Shown one piece after another: positions 47,282 through 57,070 of a DNA stretch of 64,000 nt (the first letter of the stretch is position 1; every line of letters begins with the position of its first letter). Below the pieces are notes generated by a model. That model was given only the letters and a program-made list of their open reading frames with translations. It was not told the DNA's origin and did no database searches. Source of the DNA: Nitrospirota bacterium (GTDB lineage Bacteria; Nitrospirota; UBA9217). The DNA lies in NCBI GenBank assembly GCA_963840455.1, contig CAWIYV010000014.1:288001-352000 (forward strand), in the 5' to 3' direction. The position numbers and the translations under genes were made by a program.

Positions 47282-48348
47282 TGGTTACCTTTTTTGTGAT
47301 GTTTCATTTCTGACTTGATGAACTGTCCGAATTTTTTGTCCCTTCTGCGTTTTTCAACATAGGATAGCTCATTGTACTCAGATTCTTTCATCAGCTTCAA
47401 ATAGCTCTGGTATCGATCCGCGCGCAATGTGCCATTTTCAATGGCGGCCAGGAGTGCGCAGCCGACTTCCTGAGTATGGGTGCAATTTGCAAACCGGCAG
47501 GTTTTTGAAAGGTTCCAAATGTCAGCGAAGCTTTCCTCGAGCCCTGAGCTGACGCCGATGTTCCCTAATTCCCTCATTCCAGGGGTGTCGATCACCATCG
47601 CCCCTTGCTCAAGGACGATTAGCTGGCGCTGCGCCGTCGTGTGTTTGCCCTTCCCGTCGCTTGCACGGACTGTGTTTGTCTCAAATGAATCGCGGCCTAT
47701 GATATGGTTCAAAAGCGTTGTTTTGCCTACTCCGGAAGACCCAACCAGACAATACGTCCTGCCCGGATCCAGTAATTGTCGCACTTGATCCACTCCAATG
47801 CCGGTCACGTTGCTGAGGGGAAGGACTTTGCATTTGATGTTAGCTTGACGCACCTCTGACATTCTTTGTTCCAGTTTCTCTGCGCTGACCAAATCGCTTT
47901 TTGTCAAGAGGAGTATCGGTTCAATGTTCCCTTCGTTTACCATAACGAGGTAGCGCTCCAGCCTGCGCAGATTGAAATCAAAATCACAGGCTTGCACGAT
48001 CAAGGCGGAATCTATGTTGACTGCGATCATCTGGTAGTCGATTTTCTTACCGGGCGTTTTCCTTCGTAAAAATGATTTCCGTGAGAGAAGGCCATGAATG
48101 ATAGCAAACGTATCAGCGTTGTGGTACTGGACAAGCGCCCAATCACCTACCGAAGGAAGGTCTATGCTCGAATCAGCAGAGTAAACGAAACTACCTGCCA
48201 GTTCAGCGAAAACTTCGCTGTTTTCATTTCTTACGAGGTAGCTATCCCTGTGGACCGCAGTCACGCGAGCCACGTTGCAGTCGGGTCTCTGCGCCTCCGA
48301 TCTTTTGTCTTGAAACCACTGATCAAATCCGAGAGTTCTCAGTTCCAT
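47278..48348 (-). CDS. rsgA: Ribosome small subunit-dependent GTPase A homolog
   Basis: PSVGDW, LRRLERYL, LTKSDL, GSSGVGKTTL, GKHTT, IDTPGMRE, CRF.NCTH..E.GC; lower GC. Confidence 0.9.
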   Translation of the reverse strand: MELRTLGFDQWFQDKRSEAQRPDCNVARVTAVHRDSYLVRNENSEVFAELAGSFVYSADSSIDLPSVGDWALVQYHNADTFAIIHGLLSRKSFLRRKTPGKKIDYQMIAVNIDSALIVQACDFDFNLRRLERYLVMVNEGNIEPILLLTKSDLVSAEKLEQRMSEVRQANIKCKVLPLSNVTGIGVDQVRQLLDPGRTYCLVGSSGVGKTTLLNHIIGRDSFETNTVRASDGKGKHTTAQRQLIVLEQGAMVIDTPGMRELGNIGVSSGLEESFADIWNLSKTCRFANCTHTQEVGCALLAAIENGTLRADRYQSYLKLMKESEYNELSYVEKRRRDKKFGQFIKSEMKHHKKGNQ

Positions 48349-48408
48349 ATTACGTTAAGCGGTCATATCCGCTTGGACTGCTGGTTGGCGTAGAGCGTAG
48401 TTTGCAGG

Positions 48409-48464
48409 AGCCAACGACTAGATCCCACGCCGCGAAGCGGTCGGCGTGGAGCGACAGGTTATGC
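48409..48464 (-). mobile_element. attC-like site downstream of the DUF3788 gene
   Basis: GCATAAC-CTGTCGCTCCACGCCGACCGCTTCGCGGCGTGGGATCTAGTC-GTTGGCT; the R'' box contains the stop codon. Confidence 0.65.
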
Positions 48465-48911
48465 ACCGTTGCCATTCTTGGGTTTGCGTTTAATTGCAAG
48501 GAGCTTCCATACGTCTTCTACAACCTTGTCGCTGTTTATAGTAAGGAGTACCCATTTCCCGTCATGATATGTTGTTGCCTTGTCATATTCCTTTTGGGTA
48601 TATGTTGACAGGCTATCTCGAATAGCTTCTGCCTTTGCCCGCTCTTCGGCACCGAAAACAATGAGTAGCGCGAAGCGATTCTTCTCAGGGATTAATGTGC
48701 AAAACGATTTGCTCTTTTTATACCGAAGGGACCACCCATGTTTCTTCCCGCCAAAGAGCCACTCTGGGACAAAGACGTTGGGGTAGTTTAGCTCAAGCAG
48801 ATAAGTTACATGCTTCCAGTATTTGTAAGCTTCTTTACCAATCCACTTCGCGATCTCGGGATCACTCGGCGGTTTATCTCGTTGTGTGATCCGACTATTC
48901 GGTCCGTTCAT
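48459..48911 (-). CDS. DUF3788-family protein
   Basis: W.FGGKK.GW.L.YKK.KSFCTL.P, ..YHDGKW; AT-rich. Confidence 0.8.
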   Translation of the reverse strand: MNGPNSRITQRDKPPSDPEIAKWIGKEAYKYWKHVTYLLELNYPNVFVPEWLFGGKKHGWSLRYKKSKSFCTLIPEKNRFALLIVFGAEERAKAEAIRDSLSTYTQKEYDKATTYHDGKWVLLTINSDKVVEDVWKLLAIKRKPKNGNGA

Positions 48912-48989
48912 ATATCCCTTTGCATAATGCCAATCTATTGCCGAACGCAACCGATCCTCGCCGTGCAGGCGGACAAATGGACGGTATTG

Positions 48990-49940
48990 CTACACGTGGT
49001 TCCGGAGCATGAGTTCCAGGGGGTGAGGATTCAGGTAGACCTGCCGGCTGAGATACGCCTCCTTGTATTTCCGTACGTAATGCTTCAGCAGGGTGATGGG
49101 CACGATGAGCGGCACCAGCCCGTCGTGATAACTCACGATCACTTCCAGCAGTTCCTTCTTTTCCTCCGCTGATATCTTATCCTTGAAGTACCCCGCCATG
49201 TGCTGCAGCACGTTGGTGTTCTTCTTCGGCGTGGCGAGGAGCTGCAGCCCTTCCATCAGCGCTTCCAGATAGTCCGCATGAAGCCTGTCACGCCGTGCGC
49301 TCTTCCCGGCGGCCACCATCTTCCCGAGGGCCGTATAGTGTTTCTGGCTGTGCGCCATGACCAGGTACTTGTGGTCCGTATGGAAAGCCACCAGGCCGCC
49401 GAGGGAACCATCGTTCCTTATATACTCCTGCCACCACCGGTACACGAATACCCGCTCGATGAAGTTCTCCCGAAGGCCCGGGTCATGCATCCTTCCTTCG
49501 TCCTCGACCGGGAGCAGGGGGAACCGCTTCATGAACGCATGGGCGAAGATCCCCGATCCGGCGGTGTTCGGCATACCTGCATCGGTATAGATCTTGACGC
49601 CCCGCATGCCCGAGCTCGGAGAACGGCTCTTGAACACGAAGCCGCAGAGCTCTTCCTTTTCCAGCTCCGTGGTCCGCTTCTTCGCCCACCGCTTCATCCT
49701 CGCCGTATGGTCCACGCCGGTCCGGATCGTGACAAGCCGCGGGTCCTCTGGATCGCCGACCAGGTGCATGGCCTCTCGCGGGATGGGCAGACCGCATTCC
49801 ACCTCGGGACAGACGGGCACCCAGTCCACATACTGCCCGAGCGTATCTACAAGGAAATGGTCGAGCTTGTGGCCGCCGTCGTAACGGACATTGTTGCCAA
49901 GAAGGCAGGAGCTGATGCCGAGGGTGATCTTGTTCATCAT
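48990..49940 (-). CDS. YbgA-like DUF523+DUF1722 protein
   Basis: GISSCLLG..VRYDGGHK, VCPEVECGL..PRE, KSRSPSSG, EDEGR, FH...KY..MAH, YLNPHP.EL.LRN. Confidence 0.9.
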   Translation of the reverse strand: MMNKITLGISSCLLGNNVRYDGGHKLDHFLVDTLGQYVDWVPVCPEVECGLPIPREAMHLVGDPEDPRLVTIRTGVDHTARMKRWAKKRTTELEKEELCGFVFKSRSPSSGMRGVKIYTDAGMPNTAGSGIFAHAFMKRFPLLPVEDEGRMHDPGLRENFIERVFVYRWWQEYIRNDGSLGGLVAFHTDHKYLVMAHSQKHYTALGKMVAAGKSARRDRLHADYLEALMEGLQLLATPKKNTNVLQHMAGYFKDKISAEEKKELLEVIVSYHDGLVPLIVPITLLKHYVRKYKEAYLSRQVYLNPHPLELMLRNHV

Positions 49941-50008
49941 AGTTTGTTCATTTCACCCTCGCGCTCTTCGCGCCTTCGCGGTTGGATGGTTATTCCGGCT
50001 TGCTAGAT

Positions 50009-50440
50009 TTAGACCGACGTCTCTGCCGCTTTTTTCAGGTCATTCAGCATACCCGTGGTCAGCTCCCGCACCGTGCTCTCGGGGAAGCTGAATCCGCCGA
50101 ACAAGAGCGGCAGGCCCCGGAAGGTCTCACGGCTCGTCACGAGCACGCCGTTCGCGGCCTGCTGGAACAGGAACTCGTGGCGCGAGAAGATGCCGAACTT
50201 GGTGCCCGTCCAAACGACCTTCTCCCGGGGGATAACTTCCTCGATCTTCGGCTCGATCATGATCGGGACGGAGAAGGGGCGGAGGCAGAAGGTGAACTTC
50301 TCACCCTCTTCGAGGCGTCCGGAATCCGAAGCTGCCTTGCTCGCCACGGTGTTCCAATCGGCCCAACAGGTGAGGTCCGTGAAGGTCTTCCAGATCTTCT
50401 TGAGCTCGGCGTTGATCAGTACGGACTCTTCGATGACCAT
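50009..50440 (-). CDS. SRPBCC/START-like (polyketide cyclase 2) protein
   Basis: I.A....IW..FTD...W..WN, VVW.G, HEF, ETFRG, LKKAAE. Confidence 0.75.
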   Translation of the reverse strand: MVIEESVLINAELKKIWKTFTDLTCWADWNTVASKAASDSGRLEEGEKFTFCLRPFSVPIMIEPKIEEVIPREKVVWTGTKFGIFSRHEFLFQQAANGVLVTSRETFRGLPLLFGGFSFPESTVRELTTGMLNDLKKAAETSV

Positions 50441-50441
50441 A

Positions 50442-51410
50442 TTAGAACCCCGTGACGCCCGGGCCGTCCGTCTCCTCGGCAAAGGCGGTCAGGACGGCAT
50501 CCTTGAAGGGCGTTTTGGTGATAGGCACATACTGGTCGATGCGGTTGTCCTTGCAGACGACCTCGTTCCGAAGCCCCTCGATGAGCGGATGGGCGATGCC
50601 CGAGGGCACGGGCGTCACCAGGTCGACCCAGTAGGCTGAGAGCATCGGCGTCAGCACGGGTACGCGGACGATGAACCGTTTCGCCAGGCCTCGGGCTTCG
50701 GCGTACTTCTGCATCATCTCCACGTAGGTGAAGATATCGCTCCCGCCGACGTCGAAGTCCTGGCCAGCGGTCTCCGGTTTCAGCAGACAGCCGACGAGAT
50801 AAGCGAGCACATCTTTGATGGCGATGGGCTGGATGCGCGTCTCGACCCACTTGGGTGTGATCATGATCGGCAGGCGCTCTACCAGGTAGCGCAGCATCTC
50901 GTAGGACGCGCCGCCGGCGCCAATGATGATGGCTGCGCGCAGGACCGTTGCCGAGGGCTTCCCCGATGATATGATCTTCGCGATCTCAGCGCGGCTCCTG
51001 AGGTGTTCGGAGAGGGTGTCCTTGGTCTCGCCAAGCCCGCCAAGGTAGATGACGCGCTTCAGGCCTTCTGCGCCGGCCGCTGCAATGAAGTTCTTTGCCG
51101 CGATCCGGTCCTTTTCGGCATATTCCTCGTTCTTGAACAGGGTCTTCCCGCCCATAGAGTGGACGAGGTAGTAAGCCGTGTGAATGCCGCGGAGAGCTTC
51201 AGCGAGCCCGGCATTCGTCACGAGGTCACTCTGCACCACCTCGATGTCCGCCCCCTTGATGATGAGCGGGGTGGCCTTCGCAAGTTCGCGCACCAGCAGG
51301 CGCAGCCTGATGTTCTTCTTCACCAGCTCCGGGATGAGGCGCTTGCCGACAAAACCCGTGGCGCCGATGATCAGGACGCGGTCCGATGAGGTGAGAGCGG
51401 GCGGGACCAT
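50442..51410 (-). CDS. NAD(P)-binding NmrA/YbjT-like atypical SDR
   Basis: GATGFVG, AYYLVHSM, IYLGGLG, LSEHLRSR, LRAAIIIG.G.ASYEM, QPIAI.DV. Confidence 0.88.
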   Translation of the reverse strand: MVPPALTSSDRVLIIGATGFVGKRLIPELVKKNIRLRLLVRELAKATPLIIKGADIEVVQSDLVTNAGLAEALRGIHTAYYLVHSMGGKTLFKNEEYAEKDRIAAKNFIAAAGAEGLKRVIYLGGLGETKDTLSEHLRSRAEIAKIISSGKPSATVLRAAIIIGAGGASYEMLRYLVERLPIMITPKWVETRIQPIAIKDVLAYLVGCLLKPETAGQDFDVGGSDIFTYVEMMQKYAEARGLAKRFIVRVPVLTPMLSAYWVDLVTPVPSGIAHPLIEGLRNEVVCKDNRIDQYVPITKTPFKDAVLTAFAEETDGPGVTGF

Positions 51411-51454
51411 GGTTAAGATTAGCATAGCAGCAGGGTATTATCAAGGAACGCGGT

Positions 51455-51517
51455 CGGAGAATAATTACTTCAACCTTGAGGATCGAAGCTCCATGCAGTT
51501 TGCTGCAGGAAACTTCA
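51455..51517 (-). mobile_element. Half copy of the MITE (array-type variant) in a divergent promoter region
   Basis: ACCTTGAGGATCGAAGCTCCATGCAG...AACTTCA; followed by extended -10 TGCTATAAT (51527-51535). Confidence 0.65.
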
Positions 51518-51584
51518 TTGCCGGCATGCTATAATGGTTCCAAGTTACACGATCCGTCTGGCCCCGAAAGGATGAGTAATAATT

Positions 51585-52370
51585 ATGCAGGATGCAGTGC
51601 TCGTGGCAACTTCAGCGGTCCTTGTCTACATGCTTATCTGGTTCATCGTATCGCTTGTACTGAAGCGGAACGATGTGGCAGATATTGCCTGGGGAGGCGG
51701 TTTCATCGTGGCAGCATTTGCCGCTTTCGTATATCATGGCGCCGCGACGCCGCGAGCGCTTCTCGTCTTAGCGCTCGTGACTGTTTGGGGCCTTAGGCTG
51801 GCGTTGCACATCGGCCTGCGGAACCGGGGCAAGGCTGAGGACGCAAGATACCGGATGTGGCGTGAGGAGTGGGGGAAGCATGCCACTCTCCGCTCCTTCT
51901 TCCAAATATACCTCCTGCAGGGGATGCTGCTGGTAATCATCTCCATCCCCGTGTTGAAGGCCGTCACCACGCCGGCCGGCAGCCTCACGGCGTTTGATGT
52001 CTTTGGCATGCTCGTCTGGGTCGCAGGCTTCCTGTTCGAGGCATTCGCCGACTGGCAGCTTCTGCAGTTCAAGAAGGAACCGGGCAACAAAGGCCGGATC
52101 ATCACGACCGGGCTCTGGCGGTTCAGCCGGCACCCGAACTACTTCGGAGAGGTGACGATCTGGTGGGGCATTTACCTCATTGCCCTTGCTGTCCCCGGCG
52201 GGTGGATGACCGTTATCGGGCCCATGACAATCACGGCCCTGATCCTCGGTGTGTCCGGCATCCCGATGCTCGAGAAGAAGTATGAGGGAAATAGGGAATT
52301 CGATGAGTATAAGCGCCGCACCAGTGCGTTCTTCCCGCTGCCGCCGAAGACATTAACGATAGCATCATAA
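51585..52370 (+). CDS. DUF1295 (steroid 5-alpha-reductase-like) membrane protein
   Basis: D.AW, WGLRL..HI, EDARY, E..ADWQL, GLWRFSRHPNYFGE, YKRRTSAFFP. Confidence 0.9.
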   Translation: MQDAVLVATSAVLVYMLIWFIVSLVLKRNDVADIAWGGGFIVAAFAAFVYHGAATPRALLVLALVTVWGLRLALHIGLRNRGKAEDARYRMWREEWGKHATLRSFFQIYLLQGMLLVIISIPVLKAVTTPAGSLTAFDVFGMLVWVAGFLFEAFADWQLLQFKKEPGNKGRIITTGLWRFSRHPNYFGEVTIWWGIYLIALAVPGGWMTVIGPMTITALILGVSGIPMLEKKYEGNREFDEYKRRTSAFFPLPPKTLTIAS

Positions 52371-52458
52371 GAAGCTTATTGAAAGTCGATCAAGCAGTTC
52401 TCCCGGCCTCTGCGGTGAAAGGTTGAGACTTTACGTTGTTGCATACGAGGAGGTCCTC

Positions 52459-52875
52459 ATGTGGCATTCCTTCAAGGTATTCCTGTTCCTCCCGCCGCTG
52501 CTATTCGCCCTCGACTATATCTGGCTCGGCATCTTCGCTTCGAGCCTGTACAGGAAGGACCTGGGAGGTTTCCTCCGCGTCTCGGGCGACGCCATGCAGC
52601 CCATCGTCTGGGCGGCGCTGGTCGTCTACATCGCAATCCCGGCGGGCATCGTGCTGTTCGCCCTGCCCCGGGTCTCGCAGGATAACCTTGTTCCGTCGAG
52701 CCTCTTCTGGGGCGGGCTCTTCGGCCTCGTGGTGTACACCATCTACGACATGACGAACTACTCGCTGCTGCGCGACTGGCCGCTCCGGGTGTCGCTTATC
52801 GACATCTGTTGGGGCGTCTTCCTGAACGCTGTCGGGACGCTCGCCGCGGCATATCTCGACCGGTGGCTGAAGTGA
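52459..52875 (+). CDS. DUF2177-family membrane protein
   Basis: LDYIWL, G..VY..YD.TN...L..WP....IDI.WG. Confidence 0.88.
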   Translation: MWHSFKVFLFLPPLLFALDYIWLGIFASSLYRKDLGGFLRVSGDAMQPIVWAALVVYIAIPAGIVLFALPRVSQDNLVPSSLFWGGLFGLVVYTIYDMTNYSLLRDWPLRVSLIDICWGVFLNAVGTLAAAYLDRWLK

Positions 52876-53471
52876 TGCTTGTCCTTCGATCGGGCGCGCC
52901 CGTTCTCCGGCACGTGCTCGTCGCCTTGGTCCTCGCGGGGACGATTCTCGTGCCCGCGCCGTCGCCTGCGGACCCCCGCGCTCAGTTTCCACCTGAGGCT
53001 GAGGTCCATGGCCAGGCGCTGCCGCTCAGGGGAACGGGCCGGCTTGTCTGGATGAAGCTCGTCACGTTCTACGACGCGGCGCTTTATCTCCCCGGGGACG
53101 CGGCGGGGAAGGACGCGCTGAAGGACGCTCCGAAACGGATCGAGCTCCGTTACCATATCTCCATCAAAGGAGAGAAATTCGGCGAGTCAGCGGAGCCGTT
53201 CCTCAAGAAGAACGTGCCAGCCGAGGTGTTGGCGGTGATCAGGCAACGGATCGAGCAGTTGAACCGGCTCTATCAGGACGTGAAGGAGGGGGACCGGTAC
53301 GCCCTCGACTACGCGCCCGGGAAGGGCACGACGCTCAGCCTGAACGGCAGCCCGCTCGGAACGATCGAGGGGGCTGATTTCGCCGCAGCCTACTTCGCCA
53401 TCTGGCTCGGGTCAAAGCCCATCAGCGATACGATGCGGGATGAACTCACGGGAACAACTACGAGGAATTGA
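52875..53471 (+). CDS. Chalcone isomerase-like (fatty-acid-binding) exported protein
   Basis: L.LRG.G, YDAALYL, DVKEGD.Y, I.G..FA..YF.IWLG..P....R..L. Confidence 0.85.
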   Translation: MLVLRSGAPVLRHVLVALVLAGTILVPAPSPADPRAQFPPEAEVHGQALPLRGTGRLVWMKLVTFYDAALYLPGDAAGKDALKDAPKRIELRYHISIKGEKFGESAEPFLKKNVPAEVLAVIRQRIEQLNRLYQDVKEGDRYALDYAPGKGTTLSLNGSPLGTIEGADFAAAYFAIWLGSKPISDTMRDELTGTTTRN

Positions 53472-53472
53472 C

Positions 53473-54717
53473 ATGCGAATAGCGATCATCGGCGGCGGCA
53501 TCTCCGGGCTCGTCTCTGCCTACCTCCTGCACGGGGACCACGAGGTCACGGTCTTCGAGGCGAACGGCTACATCGGCGGCCACACGCACACCGTCGACGT
53601 GGAGCGGGAGGGGAGACGCTACGCCGTGGACACGGGCTTCATCGTCTTCAACGAGGTCACCTATCCCAACTTTGTGAAGCTCATCAACCGGCTCGGCGTT
53701 GCCTATCAGCCATCGCAGATGAACTTCAGCTGCAAGTCCGAACCCGAGGGCAGGGAATATAGCGCCCATAGCCTGAACACAATCTTCGGCCAGCGCAGGA
53801 ACCTGCTCGATCCGTCCTTCTACGCCATGGTCCGAGACATCCTTCGACTCAAAGGTGAGTTCACACGGCTGATCGAGGTTGCCGGTGATGACCGTCCCCT
53901 GGTGTCTTACCTGCGCTCCCGGGGATACTCAAAACGGTTTCTTGATTTTTTCATTGTCCCCATGGCCGCGGCCATCTGGTCCGCCGACCCGGGGAGGGTA
54001 GAGGACTTTCCGCTCCGCACCTTCGCCCGGTTCTTTCTGAACCACGGCATCCTGGAGGTCAAGAATCCCTTCGAGTGGAAGGTCATCACCGGCGGATCTG
54101 CCCGCTACGTTGAGAAACTGACCGCATCCTTCCGTGAGCACATCCGTCTGCGGACGCAGGTCAGGTCCATTCGGCGCCACGCAGACCATGTCGAGATCTT
54201 TCCGGTCAGCGGTCCTGCCGAGCGGTTCGACCACGTGGTGCTGGCCTGCCACAGCGACCAGGCCCTCGCGATGCTCGCGGACCCGTCGTCCGCGGAGCGC
54301 GAAGTGCTCGGCGCGATACCGTACCAGGAGAACCTGACGGTCCTGCACACCGACATTGCGGTCCTACCGAAACGGCGGAACCTCTGGGCGAGCTGGAACT
54401 ATCTGATCCCAAGAACGGGAATGGGCCGCGCGGTGCTCACCTACAATATGAACATCCTCCAGTCGATCATGTCACCCGAGGAGTTCTGCGTCACCCTCAA
54501 CCTGCCGGACGGCATCGAGGAGCGAAAGAAGATCGGCACGTACCGCTACCACCATCCGCAATACACGATGGCGGCACCGGCGGCGCAGCAGCGCCACGGC
54601 GAGATCAGCGGCAGGAACCGGACGCACTACTGCGGCGCCTATTGGAACTATGGGTTCCACGAGGACGGGGTGAAGAGCGCCCTGGCGGCGTGCAGGTACT
54701 TCGGGAAAAGCCTATGA
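53473..54717 (+). CDS. FAD-dependent oxidoreductase (COG2907 / UfaD-like)
   Basis: IAIIGGGISGL, GGHTHT, VDTGFIVFN..TYPNF, FF.NHG, WASWNY, TYNMN.LQ, YHHP, GAYW.YGFHEDG. Confidence 0.9.
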   Translation: MRIAIIGGGISGLVSAYLLHGDHEVTVFEANGYIGGHTHTVDVEREGRRYAVDTGFIVFNEVTYPNFVKLINRLGVAYQPSQMNFSCKSEPEGREYSAHSLNTIFGQRRNLLDPSFYAMVRDILRLKGEFTRLIEVAGDDRPLVSYLRSRGYSKRFLDFFIVPMAAAIWSADPGRVEDFPLRTFARFFLNHGILEVKNPFEWKVITGGSARYVEKLTASFREHIRLRTQVRSIRRHADHVEIFPVSGPAERFDHVVLACHSDQALAMLADPSSAEREVLGAIPYQENLTVLHTDIAVLPKRRNLWASWNYLIPRTGMGRAVLTYNMNILQSIMSPEEFCVTLNLPDGIEERKKIGTYRYHHPQYTMAAPAAQQRHGEISGRNRTHYCGAYWNYGFHEDGVKSALAACRYFGKSL

Positions 54718-54726
54718 TTGTTATTT

Positions 54727-54861
54727 ACCGTGAGGGCGCTAAGGACGCGAAGGTTCGAATGTTGTAGGGGCGGCCTTGCGTGGCCGCCCTGATCAGGGTA
54801 ACCACATAGGGTTACCCCTACGGGAAATGAATTCCTTCTGGCTTTGAGAGCCTTAGCGGTT
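54727..54861. repeat. Nested element: GTAG-REP pair inside a 9-mer-type inverted repeat
   Basis: REPs at 54764-54789 (GTAGGGGCGGCC..GGCCGCCC) and 54795-54821 (inverted); outer arms ACCGTGAGGGCGCTAAGG / GAGAGCCTTAGCGGT. Confidence 0.7.
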
Positions 54862-54894
54862 CAATTATTTTGAATGAGCAGTCGAGGTTATTTC

Positions 54895-55638
54895 ATGAAC
54901 AGCTGCATCTATGAAGGCGAGGTCCGCCACGCCCGGTACCGGCCGAAGGAGAACAGCTTCCGCACTTCGGTCTTCTTCCTCTCCCTGGACCTGGTTGAGC
55001 TGGACACCGTGTTCAACGGCCGGTGGTTCTGGTCAGCAAGGGGATTTAATCTCGCGTACCTTCGGCGAAAGGACCATTTCGGCGACCCGTCGGTGACCAT
55101 CGACGAGGCGGTGAGGGCGCTCGTTCAGCAGAGGACCGGTAGACAACCCGCGGGACCGGTCAGAATGATGACGCATCTCCGTTACCTGGGCCACAACTTC
55201 AATCCCGCGACCTTCTACTACTGCTACGATGCCGCAGGCAGCCGGGTCGAGACCATCGTGGTGGAGGTGCACAACACGCCATGGGGCGAGGTCCATTGCT
55301 ATGTCGTGGATGAACGTGATAATATCGGCACGCGGGAGCAGAAGCGGTTCCGGCTGAAGAAGGACTTCACCGTGTCTCCGTTCATGCCCATGGACCTGGA
55401 CTACGAGTGGACCTTCACGGAGCCGGGAACCACGGTGAACGTGCACATGGAGGACTTCGACAAGGAAGGCAGGATATTTGAGGCCGAACTGATGGCTAAT
55501 CGGCGGGAGATCACGGGCAGTTCACTAGCCCGCATGTGGCTCAAGTATCCCCTGGTGACGCTCAAGGTGATCGCCGGCATCTACTGGCAGGCGTTCCGGC
55601 TCTGGAGAAAGGGCGTGCCGTTCTACGGCCACGCGTAA
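54895..55638 (+). CDS. DUF1365 protein (UfaO-like)
   Basis: IYEG.V.HAR..P..N.F, LRYLG.NFNP.TFYYC, EVHNTPWGE, K.F.VSPF, IYWQA.RLW.KG.P. Confidence 0.92.
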   Translation: MNSCIYEGEVRHARYRPKENSFRTSVFFLSLDLVELDTVFNGRWFWSARGFNLAYLRRKDHFGDPSVTIDEAVRALVQQRTGRQPAGPVRMMTHLRYLGHNFNPATFYYCYDAAGSRVETIVVEVHNTPWGEVHCYVVDERDNIGTREQKRFRLKKDFTVSPFMPMDLDYEWTFTEPGTTVNVHMEDFDKEGRIFEAELMANRREITGSSLARMWLKYPLVTLKVIAGIYWQAFRLWRKGVPFYGHA

Positions 55639-55670
55639 GACCAAAGGACAAAGCACAAGCGCAGTTGGTT

Positions 55671-55746
55671 ACGGATGGACACGGATCACACGGATAGATA
55701 GTATCGCATGGATCCACATGCTTCCTTTTATCTTTGTCCATCCGTG
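55671..55746. repeat. 9-mer-period inverted repeat (CACGGAT-type)
   Basis: ACGGATGGACACGGATCACACGGAT ... GTCCATCCGTG. Confidence 0.55.
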
Positions 55747-55786
55747 GTGCAATTCGTTCAGACGTACATTTTAGAGAGGTCGATCC

Positions 55787-57070
55787 ATGAACGGTTCGGT
55801 CATTCCTTCCCGCTCTACACCCGGCACGCGCATCGTGCCGGTCGGACTTGCGGGCAAGCTCACGGGGTTCGCCCGTAGGGCGGTGTTCTCCCATCTCAGG
55901 AAGATCGAGCGGGGCTCGGTCACCGTCATAGAGGGAAACGATCGCCGGGCCTTCGGCAGGCAGGACGGCCTTGCCGCCACGATCACGGTCCACGATCCCG
56001 CGTTCTACACCGACATGGCCTTCGGCGGTAGCATCGGCGCTGGCGAGGCGTACATGGCGGGGTTCTGGTCGGTCGACGACCTGACCACGCTCGTCAGGAT
56101 CATCGTGCTGAACCGGCGCGTGCTGACGGACATTGAGGGGGGGCTGGCGGCCTTCCTGCAGCCCCTGCACTGGCTGATGCACGCGTTCCGGAAAAATACC
56201 CAGGCGGGCAGCAGGAAGAACATATCCGCCCACTACGACCTGGGGAACGACTTCTACAGCCTCTGGCTCGACTCCACCATGACCTATTCGTGCAACATTT
56301 TCGAGGCTGACGGCGCGACGCTCGAGGAGGCGGCGACGGAGAAATACGACCGCATCTGCAGAAAGCTGGCCCTGAGCCGCAAGGACCACGTCCTCGAGAT
56401 CGGTACGGGCTGGGGCGGATTCGCGGTCCACGCAGTCAAGCGCTACGGATGCAGGGTCACGACCACGACCATCTCGCAACAGCAGCACGACTGGGCAAAG
56501 GAGCTGTTCGCGCGGGAAGGGGTCGCCGACCGCGTGGAGCTTTTGTTCGAGGACTACCGGGACCTCACGGGGAAATACGACAAGCTTGTGTCCATCGAGA
56601 TGATCGAGGCAGTGGGGCATCACTTCCTCGACACCTACCTTAAGGTCTGCGCGGACCGGCTGAAGGACGAAGGCATCATGGCGCTCCAGGCCATCACCAT
56701 CGCGGACCAGGCCTATGAGGCGCAGATCAGGTCGGTCGATTTCATCCGGCGATACATCTTCCCCGGCGGGTTCATACCGTCCATCACGGCCATAACCCGG
56801 TCCCTGGCAAAAGTGACCGATCTGCGGCTCTTCCACCTCGAGGACCTGACGCCGCACTACGCCCGGACGCTCCAGGTCTGGCGGGACCGGTTCTTCGCGA
56901 ACATTGATGCGGTCCGGAAGCTCGGCTATCCCGAGACCTTTATCAGGATGTGGGAGTACTACCTCTGCTACTGCGAGGGAGCGTTCCGGGAGCGGTACAT
57001 CGGCAGTGCGCAGATGGTCCTCACCAAGCCCGATTGCCAGAGCGACTCGCTCCTGCCGAAGCTTTTGTGA
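55787..57070 (+). CDS. cfa: Cyclopropane-fatty-acyl-phospholipid synthase family methyltransferase (UfaM-like)
   Basis: NISAHYDLGNDF, LD.TMTYSC, LEIGTGWG, DYRDL, SIEMIEAVG, YIFPGG, RMWEYYL.YCE. Confidence 0.92.
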   Translation: MNGSVIPSRSTPGTRIVPVGLAGKLTGFARRAVFSHLRKIERGSVTVIEGNDRRAFGRQDGLAATITVHDPAFYTDMAFGGSIGAGEAYMAGFWSVDDLTTLVRIIVLNRRVLTDIEGGLAAFLQPLHWLMHAFRKNTQAGSRKNISAHYDLGNDFYSLWLDSTMTYSCNIFEADGATLEEAATEKYDRICRKLALSRKDHVLEIGTGWGGFAVHAVKRYGCRVTTTTISQQQHDWAKELFAREGVADRVELLFEDYRDLTGKYDKLVSIEMIEAVGHHFLDTYLKVCADRLKDEGIMALQAITIADQAYEAQIRSVDFIRRYIFPGGFIPSITAITRSLAKVTDLRLFHLEDLTPHYARTLQVWRDRFFANIDAVRKLGYPETFIRMWEYYLCYCEGAFRERYIGSAQMVLTKPDCQSDSLLPKLL

